DNA of 36,729 nt from an uncultured Lentimicrobiaceae bacterium (GTDB taxonomy: Bacteria; Bacteroidota; Bacteroidia; Bacteroidales; 4484-276): the NCBI GenBank assembly GCA_964490385.1, contig CAZBDF010000001.1, positions 1 through 36,729 of the forward strand. Direction: 5' to 3'. The notes below the pieces were generated by a model. That model did not search any database and had not been told where the DNA came from. It saw nothing but the letters and a program-made list of their open reading frames with translations. Positions 33,601 to 36,729 of this stretch are shown piece after piece. Each line of letters begins with the position of its first letter. The first letter of the stretch is position 1. Both the position numbers and the translations under genes were made by a program.

Positions 33601-34239
33601 CGGAATTTCAGTTCCATTTCCTTCACCCGGGTCTTCATCCAAAAAATATTCAATGTAGGTGATGTCAGGAATTTCGGGATAAATGGTTTCATTATAAAAA
33701 GACTTTACAGCGGTCAGGCTCCAATTTCCATGGCTATCCATGGCGCGGATATTCAGGTGATGAAACCCGTTTTTTAATTCCGAAATGTCTGCTACAAAAA
33801 GTATCTCACTAATTTGCGGTGCAGCACTCATTGGAATTTCAATCCCCTTGCCTTCGCCGGGATCGTCATCCAGAAAGTATTCCACAGAAATAATATCTGG
33901 AATTTCAGCATAAACAGTTTCCTTGTAAAACGATTTTGCGCTGCAAAGACTCCATTTATTTTGGCCGTCTTTGGCACGCAGATAAAAATGGTTGAAGCCA
34001 TAATTCAGTGATGAAATGTCCAGGTCCAGATGTTGGTTTATAATTTCGTTTGCAGGAGCAATGGGGATGGAAATGCCATTTCCAAAACCCGGATCGACAT
34101 TGAAGAAATATTCCATCTCAACTATACAACTATCGCAATAGTCATTGTTGGAAGGGATTTCAGGTAAGCCTGATACATGCAAGCCCGGAAGGATAAGCAC
34201 AAAGCATAAGACAAAGATTTTAATTAGTTTTCGCATCAT
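30634..34239 (-). CDS. Large multidomain T9SS-secreted protein (paralogue A)
   Basis: 1201 aa. Signal peptide MMRKLIKIFVLCFVLILPGLHVSG, four 77-aa EYF.D.DPG.G.G repeats, a carboxypeptidase-regulatory-like domain (ILVSGTVSDEFGNPVENVEV), two HTI.(I/F)P...GDDP.TP..DG domains, and a T9SS CTD (IYPNPSNAQFNI...PKGIYYLKITQEGMQIVRKLVLQ). Confidence 0.85.
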   Translation of the reverse strand: MMRKLIKIFVLCFVLILPGLHVSGLPEIPSNNDYCDSCIVEMEYFFNVDPGFGNGISIPIAPANEIINQHLDLDISSLNYGFNHFYLRAKDGQNKWSLCSAKSFYKETVYAEIPDIISVEYFLDDDPGEGKGIEIPMSAAPQISEILFVADISELKNGFHHLNIRAMDSHGNWSLTAVKSFYNETIYPEIPDITYIEYFLDEDPGEGNGTEIPITAATNISSINLNIDISDYTKGFHRLYVRSKDANGSWSFANTISFFKESIITETQNIVRAEYFFNSDPGEGNGIALPISAAPNIQGYTFVANLTDVPSGENTIFVRAMDQNGHWSLTNTQTVNIDPHPVILLESDFWLDCAHFDFEQDQWLPFELSVTVQAANSISWSTVGDGTFDDPTSLNPKYYLGENDIISGEVILTLSAEGLDPYNITVSKNTLLHIPTQLIPISQSGWRGISSYIDNGDLSMAEVLAPVEAYLTIIKDVEGKVYNPATGINEIGNWNAVGYQANFNNPPACLSVYGAYISSKVFEMNGQLIYLPVLTDIPIAIEDLFNGHLDKIQMIYDWGTFQFWTPENAGFTMLQPGFAYSVAMVGTTDQFTIEYPPFSWEEPLSSILVSGTVSDEFGNPVENVEVQLSDQTSVYTNINGEYTASIPVNWNGAITAFKEDWSFLPESRNLGNVVVNIFDMDFEGINNACDPAWSYSQTPLFHTILIPLDANPQIFGKALEDKDWIGVFYKDDDGDDRCGGWVQWTGVSNVELTAYGDDPSTPEKDGFDDGEQIQWKIYKCDKAISYAAFATYNPFMPQSSGEFESYGFSSLLNLEGQVCQEITLSENWNDISLWLTPQNPVVEELFAPMVNDLIIVRNLNAMYWPVNNINSIGAWDNNSGYVIKTYAGQNFEICGTPLENTELSLSIEAQSWYYLPVLSTCSVDANALFSGQVSNIEIVKDLIGNNVWWPEMGIYTLTNLFPGQAYEIKISDDISLSYQDCASQKPDFKNIETNFCDSYWGKLSASPFSHTIAFPENAIADLSAGTQIGVFGDDGVLYGCSRENTQASFAIVVNGDDPTTPFVDGMTEGEQFHFRIFNLFTAREYPLEVEFDEQMPQNGYFVNHGLSAIKSIQATGISGASEVNTSVTIYPNPSNAQFNIQLKNTNEVNDWEVLDIHGNILLKGNDQFNGFSVDLASHPKGIYYLKITQEGMQIVRKLVLQ
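33202..34125 (-). repeat. Four in-frame tandem coding repeats with a period of exactly 77 codons (231 nt)
   Basis: Repeat starts are IVEMEYF (aa 39), IISVEYF (116), ITYIEYF (193) and IVRAEYF (270). Each unit contains EYF.(D/N).DPG.G.G..(I/L)P(I/M).AA and (R/I)(A/S)(K/M)D..G.WS. Confidence 0.8.
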
Positions 34240-34284
34240 ATTTCCTGATGTTTTTGATGGTTTATCAATTTATTGATCAGGAAT

Positions 34285-35316
34285 CTAATTGTGCGACTTC
34301 ACACTAATATCCAATTCTATTTGCTGATTTTGATAGTCGATATTGTGGTTTAATTTATAGATTGCCGGAATGGCCGGGATGCCCGACAAAACATACGGGA
34401 AGTCACCACCAAACATGCCGCAGTCGATGCCACCAACACCACCACCAACAGCGGGTGATGCTTCTTTAAGTTGCCATTGGCCATCGGTACTCCCGGTTCC
34501 AACAAAAACACTTTCCATGGTAACATTGCCCTGGTTATTATTTGCAAAGCCAAATTGGTCGCTGTTGCTAATGTTATTTGCGTATGAGCAGTTAATTAAT
34601 TCCAGGGATCCATCCCGATAAATATTGTTATTTACCATCGAATTATTGAGGGTGCTATTGCCGTAAATCACATTATTTTTAATGGATCCCCCAAAGCCTG
34701 ATGTGAGATCGAGGGCATGGTGGTAGGAGTAGAGATCGTTGGCATCGATAAGGTTGTTGCTGATGATAATATTGCTTACACCATTTTTTTCACTTTTAAT
34801 TACTTCGGATGTTGGATAAGGATATCCTGTAGTAGAAAAGCTATTGTACAGGTAATTATCCCGAATGATGATATTTGCGATATTGTCGCTGTCAAATAAA
34901 ATCGTGGCATATTGATCGCTGTTATAGGCGATGTAATTTCGTTGGATGATGATTTCGGAAGTTTTTAGTCTGACATAAAATATTTTACATCCCTGAATTA
35001 CCGATTCTTCACTGCCCGGATTAAAGCTTACTGCATTTAACTGGGAGTAATTGATGTCGGCCTGGGTTTCCGGGTTTTCATCAATAAAATATCCATTACC
35101 TATAATGATGAGTTTTTTTGAAAGTGTAAAATCACCATAGTTTGCCGCAGATGGTTCAAGGTAGAGTGTATCGCCAGGGTTAGCATTGTTGTGGGCAGTT
35201 TGTACTGATGCAAAATCAGCATCAGTTCCGGCAGTGCTGTTTACACGCCACACAGTAGCCTCTACATTAAGTATTAAGGCAATTGAGATGATGGAAAAAA
35301 GAAAGAAAGTTTTCAT
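34285..35316 (-). CDS. Secreted right-handed parallel beta-helix repeat protein
   Basis: 343 aa. Signal peptide MKTFFLFSIISIALILNVEA. Stacked Asn-ladder-type turns (IIRDNYLYN, IISNNLIDAN, IKNNVIYGN, VNNNIYRDG, YANNISN). No T9SS CTD was recognised. Confidence 0.75.
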   Translation of the reverse strand: MKTFFLFSIISIALILNVEATVWRVNSTAGTDADFASVQTAHNNANPGDTLYLEPSAANYGDFTLSKKLIIIGNGYFIDENPETQADINYSQLNAVSFNPGSEESVIQGCKIFYVRLKTSEIIIQRNYIAYNSDQYATILFDSDNIANIIIRDNYLYNSFSTTGYPYPTSEVIKSEKNGVSNIIISNNLIDANDLYSYHHALDLTSGFGGSIKNNVIYGNSTLNNSMVNNNIYRDGSLELINCSYANNISNSDQFGFANNNQGNVTMESVFVGTGSTDGQWQLKEASPAVGGGVGGIDCGMFGGDFPYVLSGIPAIPAIYKLNHNIDYQNQQIELDISVKSHN

Positions 35317-35443
35317 AATTCAAGAAAATTAAGAGTTAAAGAATATCGAATTGAATACGTTCAATTACTTACAAGGGTTCAAAATTAAAACATTCCTTTT
35401 TTTATTCTACGGAGTCATGCAATTTATTCTGATTCTTAAAGTA

Positions 35444-35475
35444 AAAGCCTCTTCAGAATAAACTGAAGAGGCTTT
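35444..35475 (-). terminator. Possible terminator/attenuator hairpin between paralogue B and the beta-helix gene
   Basis: Perfect 13-bp stem aaagcctcttcag pairing with ctgaagaggcttt, 6-nt loop. The following U tract is weak on either strand. Confidence 0.35.
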
Positions 35476-35486
35476 AATTGATGATA

Positions 35487-35567
35487 GTCACCCGGTGAAT
35501 TCTGCTTTTGATTTGTCGCAAAACTTGTGGGTTTATTACTCCTCACAAGAACCATTCGCCGGGTGAC
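35487..35567. repeat. GTCACCCGGTGAAT-armed inverted-repeat element, copy 3
   Basis: Arms gtcacccggtgaat (35487-35500) and attcgccgggtgac (35554-35567, one mismatch). The interior differs from copies 1 and 2 but again contains two small hairpins (ttttg-N8-caaaa and cttgtg-N14-cacaag). It lies 10 nt after the stop codon of paralogue B. Confidence 0.55.
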
Positions 35568-35577
35568 CTGTTATGCT

Positions 35578-36729
35578 TTATTGCAGCACAAGTTTCCGAA
35601 CTACCTGTGTTCCTCCTTGTGAAATCTTCAGGTAGTATATTCCTTTCGGATATGAAGTCAGATTAATGGAAAAATCTTTGTCCCTCTCGTCGCCTGTGGC
35701 AATGATCGAGCCGTGGGTGTTAGTAACTTCCCAGTCAGCATCAAGACCTGACAGGTTTTGAAAACCTGTTAGGTCTGCATGGCGAACATTAAATATCCCT
35801 GTTGATGGATTTGGGTAAATATTCACAGAAGTTTCTATTTTTGAAGCTCCACCAATTCCAGTAACCTGGATGCTCTTTATTGCTGACAAGCCATGATTCA
35901 CAAAATATCCAACCTGTGGCATTTGTACATCAAACTCAACTTCCAGTGGATATTCCTTGGCAGTTTCGGGATTGTAAACACGGAACTGCATAGTTTCACC
36001 TTCAGAGAAGCCATCTATTTGTGTTGTAGTTGGATCATCGCCATAGGCAGTTAAAGCCAGGTTGTGATTTTGGTAAGGGACAGCACCGTAGCATTGGCCA
36101 TTTGCTCCATACACAACGATGATATCGTCCTCGCTTAATCCTGAAATTGCTTCGGATGGGATGGCGATGGTGTGGGTTATTGGGGTTTTGACCTCAGCCA
36201 AAAAGACCTCACCCCAGCCCTCTCCTTGAGGAGAGGGAGTGCCGGCGCGCGGGCTGACCTCATCCCCCGCCCCCTTCTCCTGCAGGAGAAGGGGAGTGCC
36301 GGCGCACAGGCTGACCTCACCCCAGCCCTCTCCTTCAGGAGAGGGAGAGCCGCCGCGCTGGCCATCTCCTTCCCCCTCGAGGGGGAAGGCCGGGATGGGG
36401 GTACACTCCGGAAACTCCACCTCAACATCTTCATCCACCAACGCAAAATATGCTTTTCCGGGTTTAATCAAATTCAGCGTATTGATGCCAAACTGTGGCC
36501 AGTAAACATTTGGCCCGGCTATTTCTTTTACGATTTGTAGGCTGCCCTGGATTTCAGCAAACAAGTCTTCTGACATATTATCACAGGCATTCAACACGGG
36601 CAAATAATTCCATCCATCTTCAAGATTTACAGTTAGATTTTGCTGCATATCCCCGGTGAAAGTTACTTGCTGGGCCGTTTCCATTTTCACCTGGTAGCCA
36701 TCCATATCGCTCCAGTTGCCGATGGTATT
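35578..36729 (-). CDS. T9SS-secreted protein, paralogue B (5'-truncated by the window edge)
   Basis: Homologous to the C-terminal roughly 335 aa of paralogue A (YLPVL, VKE/DL.G.NV.WP, HTIA(I/F)P, YGDDPTT, EYPLEVEFD.QMPQ.GYFVNHGLSAIKSIQ, PKGIYYLKI.Q.G.Q.VRKLVLQ). The frame stays open from 36705 to 36729 (NTIGNWSD aligns with INSIGAWD of A). Confidence 0.8.
   Translation of the reverse strand, partial: NTIGNWSDMDGYQVKMETAQQVTFTGDMQQNLTVNLEDGWNYLPVLNACDNMSEDLFAEIQGSLQIVKEIAGPNVYWPQFGINTLNLIKPGKAYFALVDEDVEVEFPECTPIPAFPLEGEGDGQRGGSPSPEGEGWGEVSLCAGTPLLLQEKGAGDEVSPRAGTPSPQGEGWGEVFLAEVKTPITHTIAIPSEAISGLSEDDIIVVYGANGQCYGAVPYQNHNLALTAYGDDPTTTQIDGFSEGETMQFRVYNPETAKEYPLEVEFDVQMPQVGYFVNHGLSAIKSIQVTGIGGASKIETSVNIYPNPSTGIFNVRHADLTGFQNLSGLDADWEVTNTHGSIIATGDERDKDFSINLTSYPKGIYYLKISQGGTQVVRKLVLQ
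35744..35776. repeat. 33-nt palindrome (16-nt arms, one mismatch) embedded in frame in the CTD of paralogue B
   Basis: agacctgacaggtttt g aaaacctgttaggtct. It encodes LTGFQNLSGL and corresponds to a roughly 7-codon surplus relative to paralogue A at the same CTD position. Confidence 0.6.
36205..36394. repeat. Three to four tandem 'GEGWGEV' hairpin units embedded in frame in paralogue B
   Basis: Units at 36205-36255 (beta type), 36256-36312 (alpha type) and 36313-36362 (beta type), plus a degenerate hairpin ccttccccctcgagggggaagg (36363-36394). Translated as PLEGEGDGQRGGSPSPEGEGWGEVSLCAGTPLLLQEKGAGDEVSPRAGTPSPQGEGWGEV. Confidence 0.75.

Noticed and set aside
36172-36540. Three extra ORFs overlapping the repeat region of paralogue B (36172-36540 +, 36239-36505 +, 36177-36446 -), plus ORF 30459-30647 over the 3'-UTR copy
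   Set aside because: They exist only because the GC-rich hairpin units lack stop codons in most frames. Their translations are just repeat-derived Pro/Gly/Arg strings, and they overlap a gene with clear homology support.
30634-36729. Diversity-generating retroelement or invertase-driven phase variation acting on the two T9SS paralogues
   Set aside because: No reverse transcriptase, template repeat, recombinase or inverted-repeat-flanked promoter is present in the window. Differences between A and B are spread across all base types, with discrete indels, rather than being adenine-focused in one short variable region (judged by eye only).

Overview
Chromosomal fragment from a Bacteroidota-type genome. 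The evidence is a SusC/SusD pair, ECF sigma plus FecR, several Por/T9SS C-terminal sorting domains, a purH-mreBCD arrangement and TAnnTTTG-like promoter boxes. All calls come from reading the supplied translations and the DNA by eye; no searches or alignments were run.

Gene content, left to right:
- 341-4039 (+): a NodB-type deacetylase, a cyanophycinase (peptidase S51) lipoprotein and a YfcC-type carrier.
- 4113-16692 (-): a co-directional eight-gene block. In transcription order it holds an isoaspartyl dipeptidase, a T9SS-secreted tandem S51 protein, an ECF sigma factor, a FecR anti-sigma factor, an STN-SusC transducer, SusD, a PKD/YWTD lipoprotein and a T9SS-secreted CBM-like protein.
- 16991-30247: housekeeping and accessory genes, namely rlmF, a hipBA-like toxin-antitoxin pair, a pentapeptide-repeat protein, a TlpA-like thioredoxin lipoprotein, mreD, mreC, mreB, purH, a MacB/FtsX-type ABC permease, a small Cys-rich ORF and recJ.
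- 30634-36729 (-): two large paralogous T9SS cargo genes flanking a beta-helix protein gene.

Two things stand out:
1. The SusCD/ECF/FecR locus has no recognisable glycoside hydrolase. It is bracketed by two cyanophycinase homologues, iadA and a YfcC carrier, so it is a candidate cyanophycin (beta-aspartyl polyamide) utilisation locus.
2. Several families of short palindromic or hairpin repeats occupy almost every long intergenic gap, including gaps inside operons (sigma/anti-sigma, mreB/mreC). Two of these elements sit in frame inside the coding sequence of one T9SS paralogue. The same element family lies at the stop-codon junction of the other paralogue.
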